A stretch of DNA of 64,000 nucleotides, from NCBI GenBank assembly GCA_965235115.1, contig OZ249438.1, positions 17,980,001-18,044,000 on the forward strand. Reading direction: 5' to 3'. The notes under the pieces were generated by a model, which made no database searches, was not told where the DNA came from, and saw nothing but the letters and a program-made list of their open reading frames with translations. This DNA comes from Laetmonice hystrix (lineage: Eukaryota). Shown one piece after another: positions 36,892-50,400 of this stretch. Numbering within the stretch: position 1 is the first letter of the stretch; each line of letters starts with the position of its first letter. The position numbers were made by a program, and so were the translations under genes.

Positions 36892-39800
36892 TGTTTATTG
36901 ACGTGCCGTCACACTTTACAAGCATAGACATACATATATTATACATAGAGTGGTCGGGCATGCCGCAACCAAGCACTACACTTAACATACTTGATGGCTG
37001 GTAGAGTTAGCTTCATTAATATTAAACTTAATGACCGGTTGGAGTGTACACACTCAGGTTATAGAGCAGTGCCGCAGTCACTAATTCATAGCCACTCTAG
37101 AATCGCCAGTGTTGTTCAGAAATAGGCATCTGACATCCACTACTTCTAATGATGCGAACAATGTTTTTGTGTTCAGAAAATGATTGGGACAAAACTGCAT
37201 GCTTCTCACATGTCAAATTTAGTGATATTGTAACAGGCTTTTGACAGAAGCAGCCTTGTAGGCTTAAGGGCATCATATTTGTTGATTGAGAGTCTTTCCA
37301 TGAAGAGGGTTTTATGGAAATTGTCACTGTATTGTTAAACATTAGTATTATGTGTTTTGATTCTGGTAGTGAAACCGTGCGAAAAGCCTTGGTGGATGAG
37401 ATATTTGCATGACTCAAAGGATGATTATTCTAGTAATCAGCAACAAGAATTCCGCTTGTAATGAGGTATTGGAGACGATCATCACAATACACAGACTTTC
37501 TGGAGGAGGGATGTGTGTGAATCCCTCCAGCAAGTCTCACTAATTATAGTCTGCATGTGGAACAAAGGGCTACATGAACTGCCTCATTAGTAACTCTGTT
37601 ATCTCGATGACCTGGCCCTAGGTGGCGGCCATTGTAGAAAATTGGCGTTAATGATAGTTTAATTAGCGTGGCTAGAGACAGATTAAATGCGTAATCTGCC
37701 ACATACCGGGTGGCAGTGACGGAAATCGTCTGCCATTCCGAGTCTGTTCCCCCGCAACATCAGCTAACTCAGGAGAACATGTGATAAGTGAACCGGTATT
37801 TCTCCTTTTTCTTTTAATAACTCATGCACGTCACAACATTTCATTTTCATTAGGAAACATTTCCATTAAGTTAGCATGTTTAAGTATAGTAGAGAATTTG
37901 CAGACTTGATTACCGGAGTAAATGAAACTAAGTATTATTTGTCTGAAGTATGATGACCTGAACTTCTATATGGGCAGACAGCCGGGGGAAATACAATACA
38001 TGGTGATAATGGTCCCTGTGGTCTGTCTGATGATCCTTTGCATTTATAGTGCCAGGTTTGGCAAGACTTGTTCATTTTTGAGCTGCCCCCACGGAGAGTG
38101 GAGGCCTATTGCCTGTCCCTGAGGGCCGAGCCCCACTGACCCCCATATAATGGACTGGTTGGCCGGGAGGTGTCCAGGAGGAGACGACTGTCTCAGAGTT
38201 CAGTATCGATGTAATGAACGAATCACAAGTGTCGGCTCATTTTCCTGTGGCTTTGACCGCACAGAGGTGTGACGCCTGCGCTGGTTGGCCACGTTCATCA
38301 CGGCCGGGTCATGCTGCTGATTATAGAAGATCTAAACTCTCTCTCTCCTCAAAATAGTGTTGGAGGACCACCGTGGTTTTAACGGTGGCTGATTGCATCT
38401 TGGCCTATTCGTCATGAACAACAGATTTTTTTTACATTGTGATCTAAACCAAAAAAACCCCTTTCCTTGTGTATGGTATCAGAACGCTGTAAGAAAGGCT
38501 GTAATAATCATTACCAAAATGGGATGGAAAGAGATTGGCGTGTCCTGCCGATAATTGCAATGATCCATGAGGTCAAAAAGAAACCATTTTGAAATGCGGC
38601 CCCTGGCTGCATTGGAAGTGTAATTACGGAGATTGAACCATGGGAGAGTTTCTTTGAGAAATGGAAGGGCCGTGCAGAATGATGAGAAGTAATCGAGTGA
38701 GGCCAAAGGTCAGATGTCAACATCCTTTGGCTCATCCCCGGCAGAGAAATATCTCTCCGGGGAGCCTCACAGAGCACTGCCGAAAGTTAGGACCATGAAG
38801 TAACTATAAGCACCAGTTTCAACACCCTCTAAGTAGGTTTAATGGCGCACAGCTATCCCGGTATGGGGAATGATGGCCGGAGAAGGATCTTCATATTGAT
38901 GGATGTCTGCCGGCGAGGATGAAGGATTTATCTCGCCAACCATTACACTGACCAACGGCTTCCCAGGGATTTAGACATCATCAAATGTCTGGTCTTTTCG
39001 CTCTCTTCTAATGGTAGGTTAGTGACAGAATCGGTGCTGAGCAATCCTCTCTGGACCTCGCAGGATCAACCATCAAAATCTACACTTTTTCTAATTGTGT
39101 TTTTTTATTTGGCATGCGCTATACAGAGTAGTTATTTCTAATTATTAATCCCCTATAGACAAGGATTACTGTATCTGAAAACACTATCGATCATGTGTGC
39201 TGATACGGAGTGTGGGAGGAAATTGTTGAGATCTGAGGATCTCATTTATAAGCTGCCTACGGGAGGATGTAGGCTGTCGGGGAAGGGAGGAGGTTGGAAG
39301 GGGGTGGCTATAGGGGCTGGGACTTCCTCCGGTCATTACAACGCGCAGATTAAAGCGGCCTCAATATATCGAAGGGACACTCGGCCCCTTCACCACGGCC
39401 CTTCACAACGTTCCCAAAGTCGCCTCGACTGACACAAGTTGCCAATTACAAAGGTGGCCTCTTGCAGCTCGGGCAGTCAACAAGAATGGATCGCTTCCAC
39501 ACATGATAAAGATTACAAATAATGAGGTCCAAGTGATGGACCGTACCCGTACCCCCGGAGGAAGGCTCTACAGGTTTGATAAGATCCGGCGAGGTGGAGA
39601 GTGATGGCACCGGATGATGCACAATACATATTGTATGACCAGAGCTTGAACGCTTCTCCACCATTCTCCTTTCATATCAGTATAGGAGCACAACTCCCAT
39701 TGTCGGGCACTAATTTTATAACTTTCAAAGAATACATTTATAGATCTATATCATTCTAATGCGTATTGAGTCTATATTCAGACCATGTCAGTTAGCTGTA

Positions 39801-40249
39801 TAAAGTTCTACCAGAAACTGACGGTCAGCTGCCACCCAAGCTGTACCCATGGTAAGTGGCGGCCGTGAAGCCTTTAAGTGACTGCTAAATACACCTGGGC
39901 CGGGTGTCCATCGGTTATCTCTGGTCAATAGTCGCTGGAGAACTGCTTCTGCTGTCTCTCATTGATCACAATCGTTCCCATTGTACGAGGCCATGGTGAC
40001 ATCCCCACGACATCCCCGATTTGGGGACCTTCCTACTCGAAGTCTTCCACTAAAATGTCCCTTTCTTTCAGGGGACATCCCCAATTCAGGCAATGTTAAT
40101 TTCAAGGACATTTTAGTGAAATGGGATGTCTCTGAATAGTATGTCCGCACTTGGGGATGTCCTCGCTTAGTGAAACGGGCCCCAGGACCCCCCCCCCCTC
40201 CCTACCCACGAGACTATAAGGACCCTCTGATCAACATAAGTGATGCATC

Positions 40250-40325
40250 CCACCCACACCCACCTACCACACCCACAGACCCCCACACCCACAGACCCCT
40301 ACCCCACACCCACCCACCTCCCACC
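40250..40325. repeat. Degenerate C-rich low-complexity tract (cacccacac/cacagacccc)
   Basis: cccacccacacccacctaccacacccacagacccccacacccacagacccctaccccacacccacccacctccc; G-run-rich on the minus strand. Confidence 0.75.
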
Positions 40326-41305
40326 AGCACCTGGAGGATTGCCTGGTGTGTCTCGATGTCAGGCTTGTTTCCCTCGCCAACAAGCCGGTAGAATTGGGGA
40401 TTTGAGAAGACCATTCATTCTAATTAGCTGCAATAAGACGGTGGCACTTGCAAGCTGTTTGGTATTCGAGCGGGGCGGGCTGATTTCCTGCAGCCGGCTG
40501 GCAGGCGCGGCGAGCGAGTACGGAAGGAGAGTTGGTCGAACTGGTTGTGACAACCACTTATCTTGCTGGACACATGGGACTTGGCCAGCTCCGGGCCCTT
40601 CCCAACCCGACGTGATGAATGATGAACCGCGTATATATATATATTATATATAGAAACCTTTTTTTATCGAGAACGTACATGTTCTCATACCTTGAGAAGG
40701 ACAGTTAAAGTGCTCACGTTCTCGGGAGGGGAGGAGTGAGGGAAGGAGCGACAGTGAGGGAATGGGTTTATGCCCCCGTCAATATCTGAAACCATCTAGA
40801 ACGTGGAGGCGAGAATTTATTCTTGATAACCTGCTGTCTGGTGGTAAAGAAGATGATGAAGATGACAGTGAAAGCGCAGGATTCAGTCACTCATACGATC
40901 TGTACCCATGAGCCGACACGAGCCTCCTTGTGGTTACTTTACAAAATGTTGACAAAGTTTTGATCACTTTTGATTATTGTGGTTATTTAGACGGGAGTAA
41001 TCCATTCTACATTTACAGGTAGACAGTAAAGTTTACGGTGCATTATTTCGGTGTTGTGGATGCTGCAGCGAACGTTAATATACCATGTTGATTTTGGCAT
41101 ATCACGGAATTCTGATTCACATATATGTTGTTTTCAAGTGTTCAGACTCGACAGACTTGCAATTTGTGCTATTTTAATCTTCATTCACAAAGTTTGTTTA
41201 ATGAGAGGATGGCAAGTTTCAAGTTCCCCCATTCCTACATTGATTTCTTTAGGCGCCAACAGTTACCAATACTACTCACTATGGAAGGTTAACGATAGAT
41301 TACGT

Positions 41306-41381
41306 GTGTGAATCCCGTGTGTTGAGAGACCGGCGTCTGTGTGAATCCCTTGTGTTGAGAGACCGGCGTCGATGTGAATCC
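41306..41381. repeat. Tandem duplication, 33-bp unit, ~2.3 copies
   Basis: gtgtgaatccc(g/t)tgtgttgagagaccggcgtc twice plus a partial third copy. Confidence 0.85.
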
Positions 41382-42052
41382 TTGACTGTAGTATTAGAAG
41401 TAGCAGTGGTAATACGAAGTACCAATATAGTATAAAACATGTTAGTCTGAGCCAGACTCATCCTTTCGTCACCGGCGGTGTGGCTGGTTTGTGGTAAATC
41501 GACTTGGTTAAATGAAACAACGCCTGCAGTAACATTTAAGGCGAAACGGATGTATGCTAATGGAATCAAGTCGGTGGAGTCGACGCCGAGGAAAATGAAT
41601 GCGGCTTGGAGAAGGGAGAGGAGAGTGATTAGAGTTACTCGCGCAATGGCAGCCTTACGTGGAAGTGTCGACTCCTTTCATCAGTTTTATGTTTTAACTT
41701 CTGACTTAATCTTGTCAGACTGTCATGAAGCCCGTTAGGTTTCATTATCGTGGTAATTACACCAGTAAATCACCGACGGGCGTGAATACAAGTAACTGCG
41801 CGCCCACGCCACCCCCGCTATAGGCCTTAAACCATAACCTTGCAATTGGTGGGATTATTGGTAGGTTTCATCACCGGGAGCTAGGGGACAGTGGGGGTTA
41901 TCATCACACTGTTCAGGAGATGTACGCCGAGCATGGCCACCTTCAGTCATTGTCTACGGCCTGGCGTGATTCTTTCACCTGACATTGCGCGCTGCCTCTG
42001 GGCTCTCTGTACGTCTGAGAACTGTAGCCAGATGGCGTGCTGCTTGGGACGC

Positions 42053-42069
42053 TCGCCACCTGCTGGCGG
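42053..42069 (-). promoter_or_regulatory. CTCF core motif match
   Basis: Minus strand reads ccgCCAGCAGGTGGCGa, an exact match to the CCASYAGRKGGCR core. Binding is not demonstrated. Confidence 0.5.
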
Positions 42070-45057
42070 AGGCAGTGCTACTGTCTCACGAGCAGATGGA
42101 AGCAGATGGCACAAAGCCTTGAGGAGACGCTGTCTAAATCCGGGTTAATCCCATGCGTGTCTCCAGCACATAATAGAGGAGATTTAATGCAAAATTAAAA
42201 CCTTGACTACCTTTCTCGCAGCCCAATGCATTGGCGGGACATGCAATAGGGCCATAACAGTAGCAGTGCCAATGTTTCTCTCCCAAGGCACAGTTGTGGT
42301 TGTCGGCACCATTGACAGAAGTTACAAAGGTATTGGCAGGGGGTCAGACTAAATCAATGACATAACGAGGCCACATGCTATTTCTGACGTGGTCAGAATA
42401 TTAGTCCCTGAAACGGCATGGAAGTGCCAGATATCGAGCCGAACAGGTAGATGATTAATGGCACAAAATGATGGATCAGATTGGGCTATATGTCTGTATC
42501 CTGAGATATACGTGGGTGGGAATATTGCGTGCATTAGGTCAGTAGATGCGGATCTTCAAGCGAACACACATAGTTCACCTTTTGGACTCAGTCACGTATG
42601 ATGAAATATGCATGTTGTCACAGGGGCAGTCACAAGGAATGCGGATGAATAGAAATATTTCAAAGATTTTTTCCTGTCGCGAAACGAAAGGAAATTGAGA
42701 TAGCCAAGCATGCCAGACTTGTGATGTCCAATGTTTTGCCATCTTGTTGTGTTTTCATGGCCCGCGGTAACCCGAGGCCTTGATGGCACTTTCACATGCA
42801 ATCAAGTAGTCTGATGCATGTCAGGAGATTTTACCCTTGGCTGACTGCGATCTGGCGGCACAGAGCTCTGGTACTAATTTACCGGCTACAATAATAAACT
42901 TACACAAACATGTGGCTCGGCCGGGCCCTCAATGATTCATGCTGACGGGTAAAGCGCCGCATGAAGGCAGGAATAAAGTCATTAGGTAGATATGGTACAT
43001 CATGATGTCTCAGTCCCAGCACACTGATCCCAACCAGCTAGCCTTTACCTCCCAGTCCATACGCTGGGCCCGCTTTAACAACCAACTCTTTCCTCTGTAG
43101 CATTAATGGCATATAAACGTGACATCATTGTGGCCGGAAAAGCAATCCCGGACCCCGGCGCTGATTCGGGAGGCCGTGTGTAGATAAAATGTGCTGAATT
43201 TTGCATGAGGCGGCGTGGTTGATAAGGACATTGGTGTGCCATTCTCGTCAGTGCGTTGCCTTGATGGCACCAACGTGAGTGTTGATGGCACCAACCTTGT
43301 CCAATGCAGATCATTGTATGCGGGAGCTGCAATCCAGGCTTTCACAATACTCGTGGTTCATGTGACGATAAAGTTAGTCGAGGTGATTTGTATCACCAGT
43401 AAGTCTAGACATACCAACACTGGGAGTCAGTCTCAGCATGGAATCATTACATCAACCTGTCAAAAGTGGCTGGCTTTGGCAATAACTGTCTAAAATTGAA
43501 TTGCTTCAATTGGTAATAGTAGAATGGATGACAACTCAAGAATCTTTAATCAGCCAAGTGTTGAAAGGTTGATGATAAAATATGCTATCTGTGTGTCCAA
43601 TAAAATTAAATCATACAGCTGGTTTCTCATTGCGAGCGTCAATTTCTGTCTGCGCGGTGGACATTCTCCTTTCATTTCAGTGTATTAAAGGCAATGTTTG
43701 ACAGGGTCGGCGGGACATCTCCCTTTTCTAACAGAGTTAGATGTCGTAACGAGACCCAGACATCAGACCCAGTCACCTGCTTTGTTAAACTAGACACTTG
43801 CATTGATTAGAACCCGGCTGTCACTAGACCTACTCATCGGTCATGATTAGATTTTATTTTCTATCTCTGGGAAGGTCATGTTATGACGGCACTCTTTTAA
43901 TGCATGGACTGGGTATTTTTTCTGGGCCGTTGAGTTCAGATATCAGCAATACGCACTTGGGGGCCAGAACTGAATTGACTTCGTGACTGTGATGCTCCAG
44001 ATCCTACCTGTCTGCACCAAGTCCCCTCGTATGGAGAGATTTATGATAGCGAACTTCTAGAGTAACGCCTGTGTGTGTGGGCCTCGTACAGCCTACTCAA
44101 GGAATGAGGTGTCGAGCCGGAGGGCAGGCTCTCGGCGCACCAGTCGGGTTGAGGGGTCGGTAAAAGTAGGACCACATGCCTTGACATGTGCATCTCATAC
44201 AGACGGCATAAGTTGCAGGTATTGTTGTTCACACACCCCTTCACACCAACCTAACCAATCCATTCCCAAAACAAAACCGGAGGAACGCATGTGGCTTCAA
44301 TGGAAGCCACCTGTAGGCGCGAAGCCATGGTGAAGTGATGTGATTAGTTATCAGTCGTGACTCAGTTGGAAGGCTGTAAGGATAATTGTTCACAGTCTAC
44401 ACCTGTTCCGTTCACACCAGTGTCCCACCATTCGGTTTTCTGTCCCTTGTAAGCTCGACAGGCGGGCCAATAGTGTTGTTCCCAATCTTAAAGGTTTGAG
44501 AAGACACTATGATGAAATACAGTATCCGTTTTCTAGTATATACTACTTCTACTTGTACAAGGCTCCGTGATCGGTATTAGCTTTGTTCTTTTTCTCTCTC
44601 TAATATACAACAACACCAACAACAACCAAGTTTTGAACAGCTGTATGGGCGTGCGTGCGTGCGTGCACGCAGCATGTGTGCGTGTGTGGATCGGTGGTTT
44701 ACGCCAGGAGTCCTTCATCGCGTTTAGTAGGCTATATATATACGTACACAGATATGCAAGGTACTGTTCCATATCCGTGGTAGATTTTTTTTTTCGTTTT
44801 TGCTCGGATTCCCTGCGCCCTTGAAGAAACTCTAGAGGAGGGGGATCTCTTTTCTTTCATCTCCATGCTCTGCCGTCGAATGCCCTGAATATGTACGGTA
44901 CGATATACGCGTAAAAAGGTAAAGCAGTCATGCAAAGATCCTGAGAACACATTAGAAAATAACTGGTATTCCGTAAAGGATTACTATATATATAAAAAAA
45001 AACAAATCCTGCAACAGCGTGACTTTTGGATGTGGTATGAATGACTTGAGGAGTTCG

Positions 45058-46601
45058 GTTTATTTAACGTTACATTACGACGACAGTGGCCATCTTCAGC
45101 GGCCAAACATTAGCTCAACTCTTTATTTAACGTTACATTACGACGACAGTGGCCATCTTCAGCGGCCAAACATTAGCTCAACTCTTACGACGACGCCAGT
45201 GGCCATCTTCAGCGGCCAAACATTAGCTCAACTCTTTATTTAACGTTACATTACGACGACAGTGGCCATCTTCAGCGGCCAAACATTAGCTCAACTCTTT
45301 ATTTAACGTTACATTACGACGACAGTGGCCATCTTCAGCGGCCAAACATTAGCTCAACTCTTTATTTAACGTTACATTACGACGACAGTGGCCATCTTCA
45401 GCGGCCAAACATTAGCTCAACTCTTTATTTAACGTTACATTACGACGACAGTGGCCATCTTCAGCGGCCAAACATTAGCTCAACTCTTTATTTAACGTTA
45501 CATTACGACGACAGTGGCCATCTTCAGCGGCCAAACATTAGCTCAACTCTTACGACGACGCCAGTGGCCATCTTCAGCGGCCAAACATTAGCTCAACTCT
45601 TTATTTAACGTTACATTACGACGACAGTGGCCATCTTCAGCGGTCAAACATTAGCTCAACTCTTACGACGACGCCAGTGGCCATCTTCAGCGGCCAAACA
45701 TTAGCTCAACTCTTTATTTAACGTTACATTACGACGACAGTGGCCATCTTCAGTGGCCAAACATTAGCTCAACTCTTACGACGACGCCAGTGGCCATCTT
45801 CAGCGGCCAAACATTAGCTCAACTCTTTATTTAACGTTACATTACGACGACAGTGGCCATCTTCAGCGGTCAAACATTAGCTCAACTCTTTATTTAACGT
45901 TACATTACGACGACAGTGGCCATCTTCAGCGGCCAAACATTAGCTCAACTCTTTATTTAACGTTACATTACGACGACAGTGGCCATCTTCAGCGGCCAAA
46001 CATTAGCTCAACTCTTACGACGACGCCAGTGGCCATCTTCAGCGGCCAAACATTAGCTCAACTCTTTATTTAACGTTACATTACGACGACAGTGGCCATC
46101 TTCAGCGGCCAAACAGCTCAACTCTTTATTTAACGTTACATTACGACGACAGTGGCCATCTTCAGCGGCCAAACAGCTCAACTCTTACGACGGCGCCAGT
46201 GGCCATCTTCAGCGGTCAAACATTAGCTCAACTCTTTATTTAATGTTACATTACGACGACAGTGGCCATCTTCAGCGGTCAAACATTAGCTCAACTCTTT
46301 ATTTAACGTTACGTTACGACGACAGTGGCCATCTTCAGCGGTCAAACATTAGCTCAACTCTTACGACGACGCCAGTGGCCATCTTCAGCGGTCAAACATT
46401 AGCTCAACTCTTTATTTAACGTTACGTTACGACGACAGTGGCCATCTTCAGCGGTCAAACATTAGCTCAACTCTTTATTTAACCTTACATTACGACGACA
46501 GTGGCCATCTTCAGCGGTCAAACATTAGCTCAACTCTTTATTTAACCTTACATTACGACGACAGTGGCCATCTTCAGCGGTCAAACATTAGCTCAACTCT
46601 T
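45058..46601. repeat. Dimorphic minisatellite, 63-bp and 50-bp units, ~26 copies
   Basis: Constant core cagtggccatcttcagcgg(c/t)caaacattagctcaactctt joined by a long (tatttaacgttacattacgacga) or short (acgacgacgc) linker. Confidence 0.97.
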
Positions 46602-46879
46602 TCACTCTCTGTCTGATGGGTGAGCGTGGAGCAGATGTATGTAAAACAGGCGCTCCTTGATTGATCGACGGGATCCGTAAATAGGTTCCAAGTCTGTAAG
46701 GGTATAAATGTGGAAACCCCAATGGCTCCATGCTACAGTGATTGTATATTTGGATAACAGGAAATTTATAGACACAAGGATAGTAAAGGATGCCTCGCTC
46801 AATGTTACTCGTCGGAAGTTGCTAAATATAACAAGGTTGTCGTGATGGCCCTTGCCAGAAACGGCACGAGTAACCCCTG

Positions 46880-47016
46880 GTGACCTACGTCAGTCAGTTT
46901 TACTAGTGGTCGCTAGAGGCGCTGTGTAAACAGTAGGCGTTGATTGGTTACACCTTCTAATCTGACGGCCAACCGTTACCATTGACGACAGCTAGGGACT
47001 GTCCGTTGGGGGCGGG
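46880..47016 (+). promoter_or_regulatory. Cluster of TF-site-like motifs (candidate enhancer/promoter)
   Basis: Within ~140 bp: CRE-like tacgtca, Fox-type tgtaaaca (46925-46932), reverse CCAAT gattgg (46942-46947) and GC box gggggcggg (47008-47016). Short motifs occur by chance. Confidence 0.2.
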
Positions 47017-47400
47017 AATTAAACGTGACCCCACGCTAATAATGCACTGACAGTAAGACACAGCTTTAACTGCATATTTTTCCGTTGATAGTTTTGCGGT
47101 TTACTTATCCGAGTAAGTTGGTTTACCACCTTTGTCTATAGACATAAACTGACCACACAACCGAAACCACCAAAGTTAGTTCTTAGTTCTATCAATATAG
47201 AAAGTAACTTGTTTAGTTTTTCATTAGAAATCTAGGACTTTGAACCAGTCTCATGAAGCAAACTTGTACCTTTCTGTGTAGAAAAGGGCTAGCCGCTTTT
47301 GTTAGTAATGTAAAGGATCTTTCAGTGAGCAGGACCGTGGCTGTGTGAATGAATGTTAGTCGCTAATCGACATGTTGCTTCTGGCTGTGAACCTTTCATA

Positions 47401-47468
47401 ACCCCAAACCTCGACCAACCCAAACCCTAACCCCAACCCTTGGCCAACCCCTGCCCTCGCTACCCTCC
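47401..47468. repeat. Degenerate telomere-like C-run tract
   Basis: accccaaacc...aacccaaaccctaaccccaacccttggccaacccctgccctcgctaccctcc; only one exact ccctaa. Confidence 0.45.
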
Positions 47469-50400
47469 ACGGTAGACTGGGTGAGAAGCCCCACGACCCC
47501 CTGGGGCTATGAACTACACCCATCATTGTAACAGTTTATTCTGGGATTGATGATTTAGGTGTCGGTATGGGATGGGATCTAGACAGCCGATATTGCCCAG
47601 AGGGCTGCTCGTGGCGGCCGGAAGATAACTCAACCTCCGTCGATGTGGGTCTCCTGCAACCCTTGGCTTCAATAAAAAATAATGCTCCAAGCGGCCTGTA
47701 GACCTCCGTAAATAAATCAAATACGGTTTAATGTTTCATATTCCTTTTCGTTATGCAGGAGACTGCTACTGGCGGCGAGTTTACCACTGGGTATTGCCTT
47801 TAGAGGGAATGGTTTGAAGTGGATGTCATGGTGCGTGTTGCCGGACCCACTGAGGACCAAGCTCCGACATGGCGGAGTCAGATTATCAACCATAGACGTC
47901 GTATGTCACATCATTGGGATAGAACTACATACACGAGTCACATGATCCACTCACAGCCCATCACATGATCACAGTGCATTTGGCCGATGACAATCTTTGA
48001 TAGTGAATTCAACTGGCCTTGGTTCCTAACGTGTAGGTTGTTCTTTGACAGCCATGTCTGTCCATGACAAGATGGAGCGTGGTGTAATTTTATGTTGGGT
48101 AGAATATAGTTTGCCGAAGTATCTCTCCGAGCCCTGCTGAAATTGACAGTAGGGACTGTTTGCAGTTGAAGCATGGCATGCATAACTATGTTCAAATGTA
48201 AACAGCAAGGTTCTGAGAATTGTTTACCTGAATCAACATGGATCATAATGCATCGACCGTTGTCGTCGTATCATGCCCCAGGGTTTGCTGAGATCATTCC
48301 CCCCAAAAAACGAACTGCATGAGGTAAGGGATGGTGAACACGGATTCTAGCGGGATCCTTGGGAAGGAATGATAAAGAATGTCACCAGGCAACAATATGT
48401 GACCGAGTTAGGGGAAAACTGTGTTTGATCACGATCACCTTCCCCCAAACCTGTTTCATGAGAAAGTTCTGCTCATCTCTTGGTCTGAGTCAGCGTCTTA
48501 TCTTGTGAACTCAGATCTTTGAACATGAACTTTAACATCGGAAAAAAGGCTTGAACGCCAGCAGATTTGATCAAAGGTTGGTGACTCACTTGGTGCGAAC
48601 CAAAAGTGATGTTTCGTTTTTCCCGGCCTCAGCTGATGTAAAGATGAAATGATACTTCGGTTAGTCAGCAAAAAGCAACCTTAAGTGCATGCCATTTTCT
48701 TTTTGACTACAGACAATAGTATAATGGCCGAAGAAAAACGGACACAGTGCCTCACGATTATAGGCATGATGTTTTATACCAGGGGCTGGGATTAATCTAA
48801 GGTCAGTCGTGTCGTAGATGGTGGAAGGTTGTGGAGCTCTCTAGGATGTGGTGTACATTTTAAAGGCTGTACCCAAGGTCAGATCAAAAACTTGCATATG
48901 TTAGGTAAGTGTTATTCAAGGCGGACCCTTGGCTTCCTGTGTTAAATACTCGGACAATGTGACGGAGACCAGGCTCACAAATACAGTGTCACCGCGGCAG
49001 CAGGATGTGGTCGGTACACCTGGGCACTGTTAGCACGTCGCCGTGGGTAGGACCTGACCTGGTACTCTTGTCATTGTTGGTGTCTTTAACTGCACTTTAC
49101 GATCTTGGGACTACTTCTGGTGGTATCTGAGTGCCTTGAATACCGTGCCGCCCCGACCACGGTGAACCCGACCCCTCACTGACTCACGATCCTGATCTCA
49201 TATAGCCCTTTAATTCATCCCCGCCGGCTCTGACTCAGCCGGGATCGGTCAGGTGTATAGCTTCCTCGGCAGGCAAGGCCGAACTACAAGCGGAACCATG
49301 CACTCAATGAGACAGCAGGCTCGCCGCTACCGCCGCACACATACAGGTCACCCAGAATGAGGTGTTTGACCAACTGCTCAAGTGTAAACCCCGAACTGGG
49401 CAAACGGGCCACCGTGAGGCGGCGGGCAGGGCATCAACTCCAATACTAGCTGTTTGAGGGGCCTCTCGGGCCTACAGATGGCGTCACGCCAAGCATGTGT
49501 CAAAGTACAAGACAAGCGTACGTGTTGTGACACTGGGCCAAAAAGGAAGTCGAGAGAAGAGTATGGCTCCTCTACAGAATTGGGTAATCACCGGTGACAA
49601 TACAGATGTCACCGCCAAAACGCCATTTCACCGCCATAATTGCAACAAGGGCAATGTTACAGAAAAAAGGTTGCAGAGCAAAATGAAAAGAAAGGGACTG
49701 ATTTTATCTATATGAATTGACAAAATGAAGTGTAGTTTATATTCGGACCACGTGCCAACCTGATCCAGTCTGTCTCCCGTGCTGTTTTACTTTCTCAATT
49801 GACCTGTTATGATTCAGATGAGAACGGGCCAAGAAGCGAACAGGGCCGTAGAAAAATTGACAGTGTCGTTATACGCCATATGGAAGGACAGTTTGATAGA
49901 ATTACACAAGGATAAGATAAGCTACATTACTCAGTGACCCAGGACAGCACAGAATAGACATTTAGAGCTTATTATTAAAACAGTCTTTGAAGAAAAAGCT
50001 TTCCTTTTAACGCCATGCCATACGTTTGCTACTCTTAAGTTCACCGGGTTCTGTCTGTATATCGTACCAGGTTTGATTTGCCTTAAGAATTATTTGCCAG
50101 CGGTTCGTCTTCTGCACCGCCTGTCGTAGCCTCTTGCTTTGTAAGCTTCCACATTACTGTCAAAGCTGTGGGTCATAAAGCAAACAGAGGACCTCGCCCG
50201 GGGATGTCTGTACTGCAGCACTCTACCAGTCCACAGCCGATGTATTGCTAGTAGCGTTATGTCTCGATGATTTGTGTTGTGTGAGGGTGTGCATCAAAGC
50301 TTGCACATCAGACAGTCTACAACTGAGGCCAATATTTGATCAGTAGATGCTACCTTGTGTTGTAAGCTGATTCAGCTTTTACATCAAAGCGGACGCATTA

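Noticed and set aside
45058-46601. CRISPR-like constant repeat with variable linkers
   Set aside because: Only two recurring linker types of 10-23 nt rather than unique spacers, no cas genes, and a eukaryote-like context. The same applies to 16426-17774.
46905-46924. CTCF-like tggtcgctagaggcgctg; similar near-misses at 7919, 28375, 37613 and 49470
   Set aside because: Each has an indel or mismatch at highly conserved core positions.
47938-48246. IHVDSGKQFS resembling an integrase DxGxxF motif
   Set aside because: A stop lies a few codons upstream, and there is no first Asp motif, DD(35)E Glu context or other retroelement domain.
48881-48910. Second AG|GTAAGT juxtaposition (48903-48910)
   Set aside because: The upstream sequence (aaaaacttgcatatgttag) lacks a real pyrimidine tract.
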